Below are positions 37,324-47,704 of a DNA stretch of 64,000 nt, one piece after another. The notes below the pieces were generated by a model. It did no database searches. It saw nothing but the letters and a program-made list of their open reading frames with translations, and had not been told where the DNA came from. Both the position numbers and the translations under genes were made by a program. Source of the DNA: a virus; the IMG/VR virus record IMGVR_UViG_3300021602_000003, positions 32,001-96,000 of that record, one strand, 5' to 3'. How positions within the stretch are numbered: position 1 is the stretch's first letter; every line of letters begins with the position of its first letter.

Positions 37324-37781
37324 GCCTCTGGTACCACAAAGTAACAAAAGATCTTAGCGTAATACCCGACTTTATTGATCACTTCGAAAAAGAATTAGAA
37401 GATGCACGTACAGAATTATCTTTAAAGGGTAAATCGTTGGAAAAACATGCAGCCGAGTTACCCGGGCTTGTTGAACAACGGTTTACCCAATTACAAGAGA
37501 TAGAAGCAGTACTGGAGTATCTCAACATTCAATTGCGTAAAGATAGGTCGGCAGAATTTAAGAAGTTTCTAGAAGCATATCAGAAAAGTCTTAGTTCTCG
37601 AGATGCAGAAAAATATGTAGATGGTGTGGCAAGTATAGTGGATACCACATTACTAATAAACGAAGTAGCATTATTAAGAAACAAGTATTTGTCTATTAGT
37701 AAAGGTTTTGAAGCTAAAAACTTCATGACAGGGCATATTATTAAATTACGGGTTGCAGGACTCGACGATGCGAGTATTTAA
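37320..37781 (+). CDS. uvsY: recombination mediator UvsY-like
   Basis: Coiled-coil, LQEIEAVLEYL, LSSRDAEKYVDG; between uvsX and uvsW. Confidence 0.75.
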   Translation: MSLWYHKVTKDLSVIPDFIDHFEKELEDARTELSLKGKSLEKHAAELPGLVEQRFTQLQEIEAVLEYLNIQLRKDRSAEFKKFLEAYQKSLSSRDAEKYVDGVASIVDTTLLINEVALLRNKYLSISKGFEAKNFMTGHIIKLRVAGLDDASI

Positions 37782-39241
37782 TGGCAACAACAACATTACA
37801 AATATTAGATGAAGTAAACATAAAGTTTACGGACTTATCTCCCGAATGTCGCCGTAAGATGACATCGTCTCTCGAATTTTATGTACCGGGCGCCCAATAT
37901 ACTCCCGCAGTCAGATTGGGCAGATGGAATGGTAAGATGAGTTACTGTGATATAGGCGCACGATCATATCTGAATTTATTAGATAAACTGCTACCTATCG
38001 TTCAGCACTTTGGATATGATGTAGAAATCGACGATCAACGTCAGGTAAATGAGAATTTTGAATTTGAATTAGTTAAAGAAGATAGTTATAGTCATTTATG
38101 CTGGCCGCACGGGCATACATATGCAGGCGACCCTATCTTAATTAAGGAACATCAGTTAGAAGTAATCAATTCCTATCTAACTAACATAACCGGGATTAAT
38201 ATCGCCCCAACAGGCTCGGGAAAAACCCTAATAACGGCGATTCTTAGCCACAAAGTGCAGCCATATGGTCGCAGCATAGTAATTGTGCCAACTAAGGATT
38301 TAGTAACACAAACTGAAGAAGATTATATTAATATGGGATTAGATGTGGGTGTATTCTTCGGTGATAGGAAAGAGTATTTAAAGACCCACACAATATGCAC
38401 ATGGCAAAGCTTAGAAAGCCTGGCAAAGAAATCAAAAGAACACAATTTAGAGATAGATATAAACGCTTTCTTCAAAGGAGTAGTCTGCGTTATCGTAGAC
38501 GAAGTACACAAAGCAAAAGCCGATGTATTGAGACGTTTATTATCGACCTATTTAAATAATGCACCTATTAGGTGGGGATTAACTGGCACAATGCCCGAAG
38601 AAGAGGGCGATAAAGTTGGTGTGGTTGCATGTATTGGGCCACTACTAGGCAAGATCAACACCAAAGATCTGCAGGATAAAGGAATACTGGCTCAGTTACA
38701 CGTAAATGTGTTACAAATGCAAGATGTCGGAGCCGCTGCATCAGGTAACTACCAAACAGAACTTAAATGGCTGACAACAAATGAGCCAAGATTAAAATTT
38801 GTGGCTGGTAAAGTACAAGAGATATCAGAAACCGGCAATACTCTTATATTGGTTGATCGCATAGAGACGGGAGAGATGTTACAATCACTTATACCGGATT
38901 CAATATTTGTTTCTGGCAGAATGAAGTCGAAAGATCGAAAAGCAGAGTATAAAGAAGTTCAAGAAGTTGACGGAAAAGTTATTATAGCAACATATGGCGT
39001 AGCATCGACCGGTATTAATATTGTTAGAATATATAATTTAATACTATTTGAAGCAGGAAAGAGTTTTGTTCGTGTTATTCAGAGTATTGGACGCGGCATC
39101 CGTGTAGCACCCGACAAAGATTTTGTTAATGTGTATGATATATGTTCTAATTGTAAGTTTTCTAAGAGACATTTGACAAAAAGAAAGAAGTTTTACACAG
39201 AACAGGAGTATCCGTTCTCTGTTGCAAAGATAATATATTAA
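37781..39241 (+). CDS. uvsW: SF2 DNA helicase UvsW
   Basis: PTGSGKT, DEVH, GLTGT, QSIGRG.R. Confidence 0.93.
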   Translation: MATTTLQILDEVNIKFTDLSPECRRKMTSSLEFYVPGAQYTPAVRLGRWNGKMSYCDIGARSYLNLLDKLLPIVQHFGYDVEIDDQRQVNENFEFELVKEDSYSHLCWPHGHTYAGDPILIKEHQLEVINSYLTNITGINIAPTGSGKTLITAILSHKVQPYGRSIVIVPTKDLVTQTEEDYINMGLDVGVFFGDRKEYLKTHTICTWQSLESLAKKSKEHNLEIDINAFFKGVVCVIVDEVHKAKADVLRRLLSTYLNNAPIRWGLTGTMPEEEGDKVGVVACIGPLLGKINTKDLQDKGILAQLHVNVLQMQDVGAAASGNYQTELKWLTTNEPRLKFVAGKVQEISETGNTLILVDRIETGEMLQSLIPDSIFVSGRMKSKDRKAEYKEVQEVDGKVIIATYGVASTGINIVRIYNLILFEAGKSFVRVIQSIGRGIRVAPDKDFVNVYDICSNCKFSKRHLTKRKKFYTEQEYPFSVAKIIY

Positions 39242-39251
39242 AAGGTGTCTA

Positions 39252-39614
39252 ATGAAAACATTATTAGTGGATATATCCGAAGGATATATGTCTTTAATTA
39301 AGACATTCTGTGAAGCCAATGAATTAGATATAGAATTAGGATCTGTAAAGACAGATAAATTTTCAAATCCCTCTATACCTAAGATAACACTATCATATGA
39401 CGAGACTACAGACACAGCATCTGCCTTAGCATTTTTGGCAATACGACATAGTGGTATCGATAATATGTTATCTGACTACTTAATGAGATGCGGGATAAAT
39501 CCCGATGCTATTACTATCGGTAAGACGCCGACAAGGTCTGCCACCGATGCAGATTACGAAGAATATAAAAAGTTGAAGAGAGCTGAAAAAGGCTGGACAG
39601 GAATATTGAATTAA
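39252..39614 (+). CDS. hypothetical protein
   Basis: AAGGTG RBS. Confidence 0.65.
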   Translation: MKTLLVDISEGYMSLIKTFCEANELDIELGSVKTDKFSNPSIPKITLSYDETTDTASALAFLAIRHSGIDNMLSDYLMRCGINPDAITIGKTPTRSATDADYEEYKKLKRAEKGWTGILN

Positions 39615-40459
39615 TTGTGCATTAATTTGCAATTATTTCCGTGCCATCTTTTATAATTCGATGGAGAACATTCTTTCCCGCATTTGCATTTTAATTTAGT
39701 TCTATTTTTTGCAGACATGGACATTTTTATTCTGGTTTCGTCTTCATTCTTATAATAGCCATTTTCTTTTCTAGAAGATATTCTTTTAGAAATATGTTCT
39801 TGTGACTGGGTTGTGCCGATAAATTGCGCCGATATTTGTAATTTTCTCCCTTCAGTCATCGATGGTTTCTTTATGCCCATATTACTTTCTGAAATTTTTA
39901 ATTTTGTTTCTTCGGAGTGCGTTTTATTTTGCATACCGCCGATTCGACCAATTTGTCCTTTAGAGATCTTTTCTTTTGTTTCGGCAGATAGGATTCTACC
40001 GACCGGATTTATTCTTGCTTTATGTTCTTCGGATAATTTTTTACCTGTGTGAGCGAAGGATAGTTTATCTTTTGTTTCTTGTGATAATATTTTTCCTTTA
40101 TGCAGTATCGACATCTCCGTAGAAAAGTTTTCTTTAGCAAGTTCATAGAACCGAGAATTTACAACAAAATCATAGGCATCCGGGTTGTTTGTATGTTTCA
40201 TTTTATTAGATAGAGCCCAGAATGCAAAATGCATATTTCTCTTATATTTTCCATATGTCATTTTTGTAAGTAGTAAATGGCAAACAAAATGCTCTCGGGC
40301 AGTTAATTTAGCTAAATTATTTTTATCGTTATTTCCGCCCATTGATTTAGGAACAATATGATGAATTTCTATATAATCTTCGCCCGTCGAAGCTCTTGAC
40401 TTAGCATTAGCAATTATCTTATAATAGCATTTAGTATATTTGTTATCAATAAATACCAT
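39611..40459 (-). CDS. HNH homing endonuclease with NUMOD3 repeats
   Basis: EIHHIVPKSMGG.N..NNLAKLTAREHFVCHLLL; SQETKDKLS-type repeats. Confidence 0.9.
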   Translation of the reverse strand: MVFIDNKYTKCYYKIIANAKSRASTGEDYIEIHHIVPKSMGGNNDKNNLAKLTAREHFVCHLLLTKMTYGKYKRNMHFAFWALSNKMKHTNNPDAYDFVVNSRFYELAKENFSTEMSILHKGKILSQETKDKLSFAHTGKKLSEEHKARINPVGRILSAETKEKISKGQIGRIGGMQNKTHSEETKLKISESNMGIKKPSMTEGRKLQISAQFIGTTQSQEHISKRISSRKENGYYKNEDETRIKMSMSAKNRTKLKCKCGKECSPSNYKRWHGNNCKLMHN

Positions 40460-40517
40460 ATAGATCCTTAGACATTATGTTTATTTATCTAATTCGTAAG
40501 TAAACTGGAGAAATAAT

Positions 40518-41021
40518 CTGAACATCCTAACCAACGACAATGTAGCATACAATTTAGACAGAATCCCACCAGAGGATCAAGATATCAGATACTGTGTATT
40601 AGACTATTCGGATCCTAAAAATCCTGATTACTTTTTTATACCACTTATCTTTTTAGAAAGTTTCTATGCACCTGCTGTAGTTCTTAATATAGGAAAATTT
40701 ACAGTACAAATGCCTTTGGATTGGTCTATACTTGTTTGTGACTCAGACTATAGTGACTTAGAGATTATGCCATTAACGAGTTTAAATGATAGAGGTTTTC
40801 ATACCATGGCATTTAATCCTTTGCGTCATATGGTGCCCAGACCGCAGGAAGTCGTCATTACAAATGTGTATGCAGAATTAAAATGGTTCTTTCCTAAATT
40901 AAAAAACGGAAATATCCTTGTTGTACCCGTAGAAGATAAACCATTTCCAAACTGTGTACTATTTGTTAAAGAAGTAAGTAAATTACCGGATGTTATAGAT
41001 ATTGGAGCACTCTTTGAGTAA
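40518..41021 (+). CDS. conserved hypothetical protein, probable CTG start
   Basis: Frame of 40710 ORF is open back to TAA 40497-99 with no earlier ATG/GTG/TTG; GGAG RBS 7 nt before CTG 40518. Confidence 0.7.
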   Translation: MNILTNDNVAYNLDRIPPEDQDIRYCVLDYSDPKNPDYFFIPLIFLESFYAPAVVLNIGKFTVQMPLDWSILVCDSDYSDLEIMPLTSLNDRGFHTMAFNPLRHMVPRPQEVVITNVYAELKWFFPKLKNGNILVVPVEDKPFPNCVLFVKEVSKLPDVIDIGALFE

Positions 41022-41610
41022 CGAAATAGGAGATTGGTTATCGGGATTTCATGAATTAAATCCCGATGCTGCACCAATCGAGGAAGAAGTTACAATAAAA
41101 GAATACAAGAACGATTTATTCGCGGATGTATTGCCTGCGCTCGACAGAAATAATAAGAACTATTATTCGACCTTAACAGATGTCCAAAAGAAAGAAATAT
41201 CTATTTGGCAATTGACGAGATGGATGAGTTCTGTATCGAGTTGCTATGCAGACCAAATATATACGGTAAATGAGACTGTGAATAAACGTTCCAGTCTGTT
41301 TAGTTCTAAGAAAACAGAGAATTCTTTAGAGACAGGCAAACATAAAGAACTGGAATGGATGCTTCTTGCTATTACAGGTACAGGTAGAAAAGAACGACAT
41401 GAATGGCCTGGCGCACCAAAGGGTGTAAAGAAAAGTCCGTTAATAGCAGCTCTTATTTCTCATTTCCCTTTAATGAAAGATGACGATATAGAACTCTTGT
41501 TACACTTGAATACTCAAGTCGACCTTAAGATGTTTTTTAAGGATCACGGGTACGACGATAAGACTATAAAAGAAATGTTTAAAGGTGAGACTAAGAGTAA
41601 AGCGAAATGA
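41014..41610 (+). CDS. possible clamp-loader small subunit (gp62-like)
   Basis: DVLPALD..NKNYY, RWMSSV, HKELEWMLL; replication module. Confidence 0.45.
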   Translation: MSNEIGDWLSGFHELNPDAAPIEEEVTIKEYKNDLFADVLPALDRNNKNYYSTLTDVQKKEISIWQLTRWMSSVSSCYADQIYTVNETVNKRSSLFSSKKTENSLETGKHKELEWMLLAITGTGRKERHEWPGAPKGVKKSPLIAALISHFPLMKDDDIELLLHLNTQVDLKMFFKDHGYDDKTIKEMFKGETKSKAK

Positions 41611-42278
41611 ATATTTGTAAATATTGCAGCAAATCATTCCTTCATATGAAGACTTTGTCGACACATGTCTGCGTGAAAAAACAAAGATTTATGGATATAG
41701 AGACCGCAGGTTCTCGTTTTGGTCTAAGAGCATTTCAACGATTCTACGAATTAACAACACAATGCAAAAAAGTAAAATCTGTAGAAGATTTTATCAACAG
41801 TCCATATTATATAGATTTTGCTAAGTTTGGAAACCATTTGGCATTATTAAAACCTATCTATATTGAAAAATATATAGATTTTGTTATCTCAAATGGTATA
41901 AAGCTGAAAGACTGGTCTAAAGATTTTGTATATGAAACGTATGTAATAGATCTTATAAAGAAAGAGCCTGCTGTAAGTGCTACAGAGAGAACAATCATCG
42001 AAATAATGGATTGGAGTAGTAAGAATAATGTGCAGTTTGAAGATTTCTTCCGAGATGTACCTGCAAACGAGGCGGCTTATCTTATAAAGACTGGTAGAAT
42101 TAGCCCGTGGGTACTATACCTTGCCAATAAAGGTGACGATCTGTTATCCCGTTTCAATGAAGATCATTCAAAAATAATAGGTGACATAATCGATCCAGGC
42201 GGTTGGATGAAGAAATTTAAGAAGTCCGGAGACGATGTCGAATATATCAGAGAATTATTAGAGCAGGCAAGGTTATGA
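41607..42278 (+). CDS. zinc-finger protein
   Basis: CKYCSKSF..LSTHVC; GRISPW. Confidence 0.7.
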   Translation: MNICKYCSKSFLHMKTLSTHVCVKKQRFMDIETAGSRFGLRAFQRFYELTTQCKKVKSVEDFINSPYYIDFAKFGNHLALLKPIYIEKYIDFVISNGIKLKDWSKDFVYETYVIDLIKKEPAVSATERTIIEIMDWSSKNNVQFEDFFRDVPANEAAYLIKTGRISPWVLYLANKGDDLLSRFNEDHSKIIGDIIDPGGWMKKFKKSGDDVEYIRELLEQARL

Positions 42279-42865
42279 AGTCAGTTTCGACAGACGTAGA
42301 CATCGATGTATTTGGACGCGAAGATATATTACGCGGCTTAGAATGTATATACGGCTCTATCAGTCGTGCAGACAATAAGGTGGAAAAACATCCTACCGGT
42401 GTATATTTCCAAAATATACCGAGAGATCCGACAACAAATATGTCGACTGTGGATCACAGGGTAGCCAACGAGTACGGATACTTTAAGGTAGACTTTCTCA
42501 ATGTCAATATGTATGAGTCTGTGCGTGATGAAGACCACTTATTAGAACTTATTGATAAAGAGCCGCCGTGGGACTTCTTCGAATATGAAGAAATAACTGA
42601 GCAGTTATTCCATTTAAAAGGACATAGTGACTTATTACAGAAATATAAACCTAAGTCTATAGAAGATTTAGCAACGATACTTGCTATCATCAGACCAGCC
42701 AAGGCTTATTTACAGCATAGTTCCTGGGATAAGATTAAAGCAGAGGTGTGGATTAAGGTACCGGGTGATGAAACCTATCAATTCAAACGCTGTCACTCTC
42801 TTAGCTATGCGTTAGCTATTATAGTAAATTTAAATTTATTGATTGAGAAAATATCGAAAGATTAA
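42275..42865 (+). CDS. miniature DNA polymerase III alpha (DnaE)-like catalytic domain
   Basis: TDVDID, HPTGVY, GYFKVDFL, P.SIEDL..LAIIRP, YQFKRCHSLSYA parallel DnaE motifs PDIDxD, HAAG, GLxKxDFL, RPG, YxFNKSHxxxY. Confidence 0.8.
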   Translation: MKSVSTDVDIDVFGREDILRGLECIYGSISRADNKVEKHPTGVYFQNIPRDPTTNMSTVDHRVANEYGYFKVDFLNVNMYESVRDEDHLLELIDKEPPWDFFEYEEITEQLFHLKGHSDLLQKYKPKSIEDLATILAIIRPAKAYLQHSSWDKIKAEVWIKVPGDETYQFKRCHSLSYALAIIVNLNLLIEKISKD

Positions 42866-43233
42866 TCAGCATTTCTGATTAACTGTATCTGACGCTTCTT
42901 AATGCGTTTCTTCATTATATTATTTAGACTAGTCAATGTGCCAAACATAACTTCTATGTCTTTATTAACTACAGTCTTCATACAATAACGAAACGGGTTC
43001 ATTTGGCCTTGTAAGAATATATTAATAGGTAGCAACCTATTACTTTCCCACCACCATATTTCGCCTAACTCTAAGAAAAGTATCTTTTCTTGCGGAGTAT
43101 GTATGGCTTCATAATCATAGAAGCTTATTATTCTGTCATCGGAGTTTTGAATAATACCTATATATTCATAGGTAGGCGATTTTAGTCCACTTAAGAACGG
43201 AAATTTATCTTTTATCTCTAGAATATTTGTCAT
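42862..43233 (-). CDS. conserved hypothetical protein
   Basis: FPFLS, YIGIIQN, WWWESNR.LPINIFL; TATAAATA upstream. Confidence 0.75.
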   Translation of the reverse strand: MTNILEIKDKFPFLSGLKSPTYEYIGIIQNSDDRIISFYDYEAIHTPQEKILFLELGEIWWWESNRLLPINIFLQGQMNPFRYCMKTVVNKDIEVMFGTLTSLNNIMKKRIKKRQIQLIRNAD

Positions 43234-43301
43234 ACCAGTTATTTATACGTTTTAGAATCAGCTGAAACTTTTTTCGATGTTCTTACTGATAAATATATAA
43301 T

Positions 43302-43970
43302 ATGTTCTACGTTTACGCTTATTTAAGAAAATCCGATAATACACCTTATTATATCGGTAAGGGCAAGGATGGCAGAGTATATGAAAAACATAAAGTTAAT
43401 GTGCCGAAGAATCGGTCAAGAATAGTTTTTTTAGAGACTAACTTGTCTGATGTGGGTGCATTGGCGTTGGAGAGAAGAATGATCCGGTGGTACGGTAGAA
43501 AAGACCTTGGTACAGGTATTCTACGAAACAGGACAGATGGTGGAGAAGGTTCGGCAGGTCGTGTTGTTTCTGAAGAATCTAAGAAGAAGCAAGTAGCTAC
43601 TCGCCGTGCCAATGGTAATTATATTATGTCAGACGAACAAAAATTAAAGATTTCCGAAGGATTAAAGGGTCTTAATAAAGGCAAACCATTATCGGATAAG
43701 CAAAAGCATGATTTGAGTGTCGGCAGGATGGGCGACAAGAATCCTATGTTTGGTAGACCGGCATGGAACAAAGGATTAAGATATGAGATGCCTTCACGAA
43801 GAAAAGAAAAAATTATTCCAGAGAAGAAGCCACACGCAGGTTTAGGTAAAGAATCTCACTTCAAAGGTAAGCGAAAAGAGGTAATGATTTGTCCACACTG
43901 TGATAAATCTGGTGGAAAAGGTGCTATGCAACGATGGCACTTTAACAATTGTAAATTAAAGGAAGCCTAA
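43302..43970 (+). CDS. GIY-YIG-like homing endonuclease with NUMOD3
   Basis: [36 protein letters not shown]; paralog of 6805 ORF. Confidence 0.88.
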   Translation: MFYVYAYLRKSDNTPYYIGKGKDGRVYEKHKVNVPKNRSRIVFLETNLSDVGALALERRMIRWYGRKDLGTGILRNRTDGGEGSAGRVVSEESKKKQVATRRANGNYIMSDEQKLKISEGLKGLNKGKPLSDKQKHDLSVGRMGDKNPMFGRPAWNKGLRYEMPSRRKEKIIPEKKPHAGLGKESHFKGKRKEVMICPHCDKSGGKGAMQRWHFNNCKLKEA

Positions 43971-44849
43971 ATGGATATAAGTTATCACAAAGTGTATCTA
44001 TATTCGCATATCCGTCAATTATTGGCGGTTGATGGTAATTCTTGTTTTAGTAAAGGGGACAATGGTCCAATGTCAAAAAATACAATTTTAGCACACAGGG
44101 GGATAGATAATCGGATTATCTTTAGAGCATTAGGGCCCGATAGAATACCTGCCGATGTTTCCTGTAATCAGCAAGTATATGCAAGAATAATTAACACTGA
44201 TAATAATACGATTGTGTTAGAAAAATTATGCCGATTAGGTCCGGCAAAAGGATTAATCACGTTAGAATTGGATAGCGGCGACATATCCGATGTGGCACCT
44301 GCAATATATAACATGGTTCTGATAAGGACGGAAAATTTTGTGGAAAATTTTCCCGGATATTACGTAGAGAAACCTTTGTATAGCGATATGTACGATAACA
44401 TTTCTATGCAGATAGAAATTACAAATCAGGCATTTAAGTCGCCACAACCAGGCATAACATTAAATACTGAAGATTGGACACCTGATATATTGGTTTCAGT
44501 AAATGGGGGTGGTGCGCCGCGCCCTTGTTTCTATAGTAGCAGAATACCGGGTGGAAGAGTATTAAATCATAAAGACTCTGTTCAATCATTCTCGACCTAT
44601 ACAGAAAACTTCACAGGTATTCTCGAAATATGGGGAACACTAGAAGAAACGCCCGATCCATACCTGCAAGATACAAGATGGTTCAAGATTTATCCGTCAA
44701 CTATGTCGGTCGATATAGAATATATGCAATATACAGGAACGCAGGCCTGGACATTTCAGGCTAACGTACTATTTCTGAAGTTTAGATACTTTCCGAGCAC
44801 ACAAGTATTAGATCCGGGTATCTTTAAGAAGCTGATTGTAAGAACATAA
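43971..44849 (+). CDS. hypothetical virion structural protein
   Basis: Beta-rich; HRGIDN.I.F, NFTG.LEIWGTLE. Confidence 0.6.
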   Translation: MDISYHKVYLYSHIRQLLAVDGNSCFSKGDNGPMSKNTILAHRGIDNRIIFRALGPDRIPADVSCNQQVYARIINTDNNTIVLEKLCRLGPAKGLITLELDSGDISDVAPAIYNMVLIRTENFVENFPGYYVEKPLYSDMYDNISMQIEITNQAFKSPQPGITLNTEDWTPDILVSVNGGGAPRPCFYSSRIPGGRVLNHKDSVQSFSTYTENFTGILEIWGTLEETPDPYLQDTRWFKIYPSTMSVDIEYMQYTGTQAWTFQANVLFLKFRYFPSTQVLDPGIFKKLIVRT

Positions 44850-44862
44850 CTACATAACCTAA

Positions 44863-44891
44863 TTGACTTTCGTTAGGTTATCTGTTATACT
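44863..44891 (+). promoter_or_regulatory. sigma70-type promoter giving leaderless primase mRNA
   Basis: TTGACT-N17-TATACT, ATG 6 nt downstream, no SD. Confidence 0.7.
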
Positions 44892-44897
44892 TACTGA

Positions 44898-45959
44898 ATG
44901 ATTATAGATGTCTTAAAAGACGCAATACTTTCGAATATAGGCCCGCTCAAACAAGCACCTAAGGGCTGGAATAAGCGCAATTGCCCACTCTGTCACACAC
45001 AGGGCCACGGTAGAGATACTCGTTTCCGTTTCGGAATACAATTTAATCCTAATTCCATTGCTATGAATTGCTTTAACTGTGGATTCTCGTCGGGATATAC
45101 GGAAGGTAAGGAGTTATCTAAGTCTTTTAAGTTTTTCTTGAATCAACTACATATAGATGAAAAATTTATCGAGCAAATGGAGTTTGAAATATTCAAGCAA
45201 AAGAATCAAATCCATTCCGTTAGAGAAGGTGCAGTAGTAGAAGATCCTGAGAGTAAATTTAAAGCATTATTCCAGAAATGGAAGCCCATGGAGTTACCCG
45301 AAGATGCTTGCACTGTATCTACCTGGTTAGAAAACGGATTAACAGACAGAAATTTCTTAAGAGTAGTCAATTATGCGATAGATAGGAAGATATTTGATTT
45401 ACAGAATTTTTATTGGTCACCTTCTAAGATGCATAATATGCATCAACGACTTATCATACCATATTTCTATAAGGATAACATAGTAGGATATACGGGCAGG
45501 TTATGTTACGATGTACCCGATAAATCAATACCTAAATACTTTCAACAGTCTCCTACGGACTTTGTCTATAACTTGGATCATCAGCAAGGGTGGTCACGTA
45601 AATACACTATAGCCACTGAGGGTGTACTGGATGCCTGGGTAACAGATGGCATAAGTATATTAGGCGAGATAGGACAATCTAAAGTTGATATAATCAACAG
45701 ATTACAGAAGAATATTATAGTATGCCCCGACAGAGATAAGAAAGGTGGCGATCTAGTCGACGCCGCTATCGAAAATAATTGGGCAGTATCCTTCCCTAAG
45801 TGGGAGGTAGATATAAAAGATGCCGCAGCCGCAGCGGCAAGATATGGTAGATTATTAACTACACATTCCATAATTTCTTCAGCAGTATCCGGTAAAGTCA
45901 AGATTAAAGTGGCATGGGAATTAGAACAAAACGAGAGACAACGAAAATATGAGCGATGA
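44898..45959 (+). CDS. DNA primase (gp61/DnaG-like)
   Basis: CPLC..NCFNCG Zn finger, RLIIP, TOPRIM TEGVLDA and PDRD, KDA. Confidence 0.88.
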   Translation: MIIDVLKDAILSNIGPLKQAPKGWNKRNCPLCHTQGHGRDTRFRFGIQFNPNSIAMNCFNCGFSSGYTEGKELSKSFKFFLNQLHIDEKFIEQMEFEIFKQKNQIHSVREGAVVEDPESKFKALFQKWKPMELPEDACTVSTWLENGLTDRNFLRVVNYAIDRKIFDLQNFYWSPSKMHNMHQRLIIPYFYKDNIVGYTGRLCYDVPDKSIPKYFQQSPTDFVYNLDHQQGWSRKYTIATEGVLDAWVTDGISILGEIGQSKVDIINRLQKNIIVCPDRDKKGGDLVDAAIENNWAVSFPKWEVDIKDAAAAAARYGRLLTTHSIISSAVSGKVKIKVAWELEQNERQRKYER

Positions 45960-47388
45960 TGCCAGCGAAATTAATGACTATAGTAAAGATATAGAGGATA
46001 TATTCATCAGTTTTATGATGAGTAATAAAGATCTGTTTGTTAGATGTAAGGGAATTATAAAATCTGCTTATTTTGACGATAGGCAGAACCGTGACACAGT
46101 TGCATTCATAGAAGGATATAGCAGTTCCTTCTCTATTATACCGTCCTTAGATGAAATCCGGGCAGTAACAAAAAAAGAAATCAAAATAATGGAAGAAGAA
46201 GCAGCCGTACACGATGGCTGGTTCTTAAGAGAGTTTGAAAAGTTCTGCCAACACAAAGCATTGCGTGATGCAATTCTGGCATCACCGGAAAGATTAGATG
46301 AGGGCAGATATGGTGAGGTATTGGCCGATATTAAAGCTGCGGTGGAAATTGCATTGGTTAAGGACCTCGGACTCGATTATTATGCTGACCCGAGGGCACG
46401 ATTAGAAGCTTTAAGAGAAAATAAGGGACAAGTATCTACCGGATGGAAAACAGTCGATGATAAATTGTTCGGCGGACTGAACAAGGGTGAATTAACTATT
46501 TTTGCAGGACAATCCGGTGCAGGTAAGTCTTTATTCTTACAGAATTTAGCAGTTAATTGGGCACAAGCGGGATTTAACGTAGTATATCTATCTTTAGAGT
46601 TAAGTGAAAAGCTTAGTGCTATGCGTATCGATGCAATGCACACGAATTATGAAACAAGAGAAGTTATGCGTAATATTGATGATGTACATATGCGTATTCG
46701 TGCATCTCAACAGAAAAGTCAAGGCTCGTTACGTATTAAACAAATGCCGAATGGTTGTACGACCAATGATATTAGAGCATATATTAAAGAATATGAAATT
46801 AGTTGTGGTAAAAAAGTAGATGCAATCTTAGTTGACTACTTAGATCTTATGTCTCCTATGAGCAAGAAGATTTCTGCAGAGAATTTATTCGTTAAAGACA
46901 AGTATGTTACAGAAGAATTACGAAATTTAGCGGTAGAACTTGATATAGTGACAGTATCTGCATCGCAATTGAATCGCGGTTCGTATGAAGAGATAGAATA
47001 TGACCCTAGTCATATTGCAGGAGGTATTTCTAAGGTGAACACAGCTGATAATGTTATAGGCATTTTTACAAGTGCTGCTATGAAGGAAAGCGGCCGTTAT
47101 CAGATTCAATTTATTAAGACACGATCGAGTTCGGGTGTTGGATCTAAGATAGATTTAGCATTCAATAATAAGAGTTTGCGTATATCAGACTTAGAAGAGG
47201 GTGATGAAGGTGCAGTTGCAGCAACTTCTAAGAGTGTGATGGAGCAATTGAAGCGGAACAGTGTTGTCAGATCGAGTGAAAAAGTTGATGCAAAAACGGG
47301 CGAGATTACTAGTTTCACACAAAATAAATCTACAGTAGACCCATTAGAAGGTGCAGCTGGTGTTCGAGCATTTCTTAAGAAAAGATAA
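45949..47388 (+). CDS. replicative DNA helicase (gp41/DnaB-like)
   Basis: AGQSGAGKS, SLELSE, VDYLDL, ASQLNR. Confidence 0.95.
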   Translation: MSDDASEINDYSKDIEDIFISFMMSNKDLFVRCKGIIKSAYFDDRQNRDTVAFIEGYSSSFSIIPSLDEIRAVTKKEIKIMEEEAAVHDGWFLREFEKFCQHKALRDAILASPERLDEGRYGEVLADIKAAVEIALVKDLGLDYYADPRARLEALRENKGQVSTGWKTVDDKLFGGLNKGELTIFAGQSGAGKSLFLQNLAVNWAQAGFNVVYLSLELSEKLSAMRIDAMHTNYETREVMRNIDDVHMRIRASQQKSQGSLRIKQMPNGCTTNDIRAYIKEYEISCGKKVDAILVDYLDLMSPMSKKISAENLFVKDKYVTEELRNLAVELDIVTVSASQLNRGSYEEIEYDPSHIAGGISKVNTADNVIGIFTSAAMKESGRYQIQFIKTRSSSGVGSKIDLAFNNKSLRISDLEEGDEGAVAATSKSVMEQLKRNSVVRSSEKVDAKTGEITSFTQNKSTVDPLEGAAGVRAFLKKR

Positions 47389-47426
47389 AAGACGATAAAT
47401 AATTAAAAGTTATTGGAGACTATAAA

Positions 47427-47696
47427 TTGTCTATTAATCGCAGAAGCAGATCTATTTTAGAAGAAATTAGCGCCTATGTACCTCAGAAGAGTAAAGAAGA
47501 TCTGATTGAGGCACGAGCGCAACATATTATAGTATCAGCAATAAATTTACTTGAATCGATAGATGATTCATTCTCGCCCGCCGCGGCTGAAGCATTAAAG
47601 AAACGCTTTGTCTCGAGTATCAGAGGATCAGATCCAGCCAGATTTACTCGAATGGTAAATCGAATAAAAGATGGTGATGAGATCGACAGAGATTAG
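47427..47696 (+). CDS. hypothetical late protein
   Basis: Late promoter, GGAG RBS, TTG start. Confidence 0.7.
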   Translation: MSINRRSRSILEEISAYVPQKSKEDLIEARAQHIIVSAINLLESIDDSFSPAAAEALKKRFVSSIRGSDPARFTRMVNRIKDGDEIDRD

Positions 47697-47704
47697 TTAA
47701 TAAT

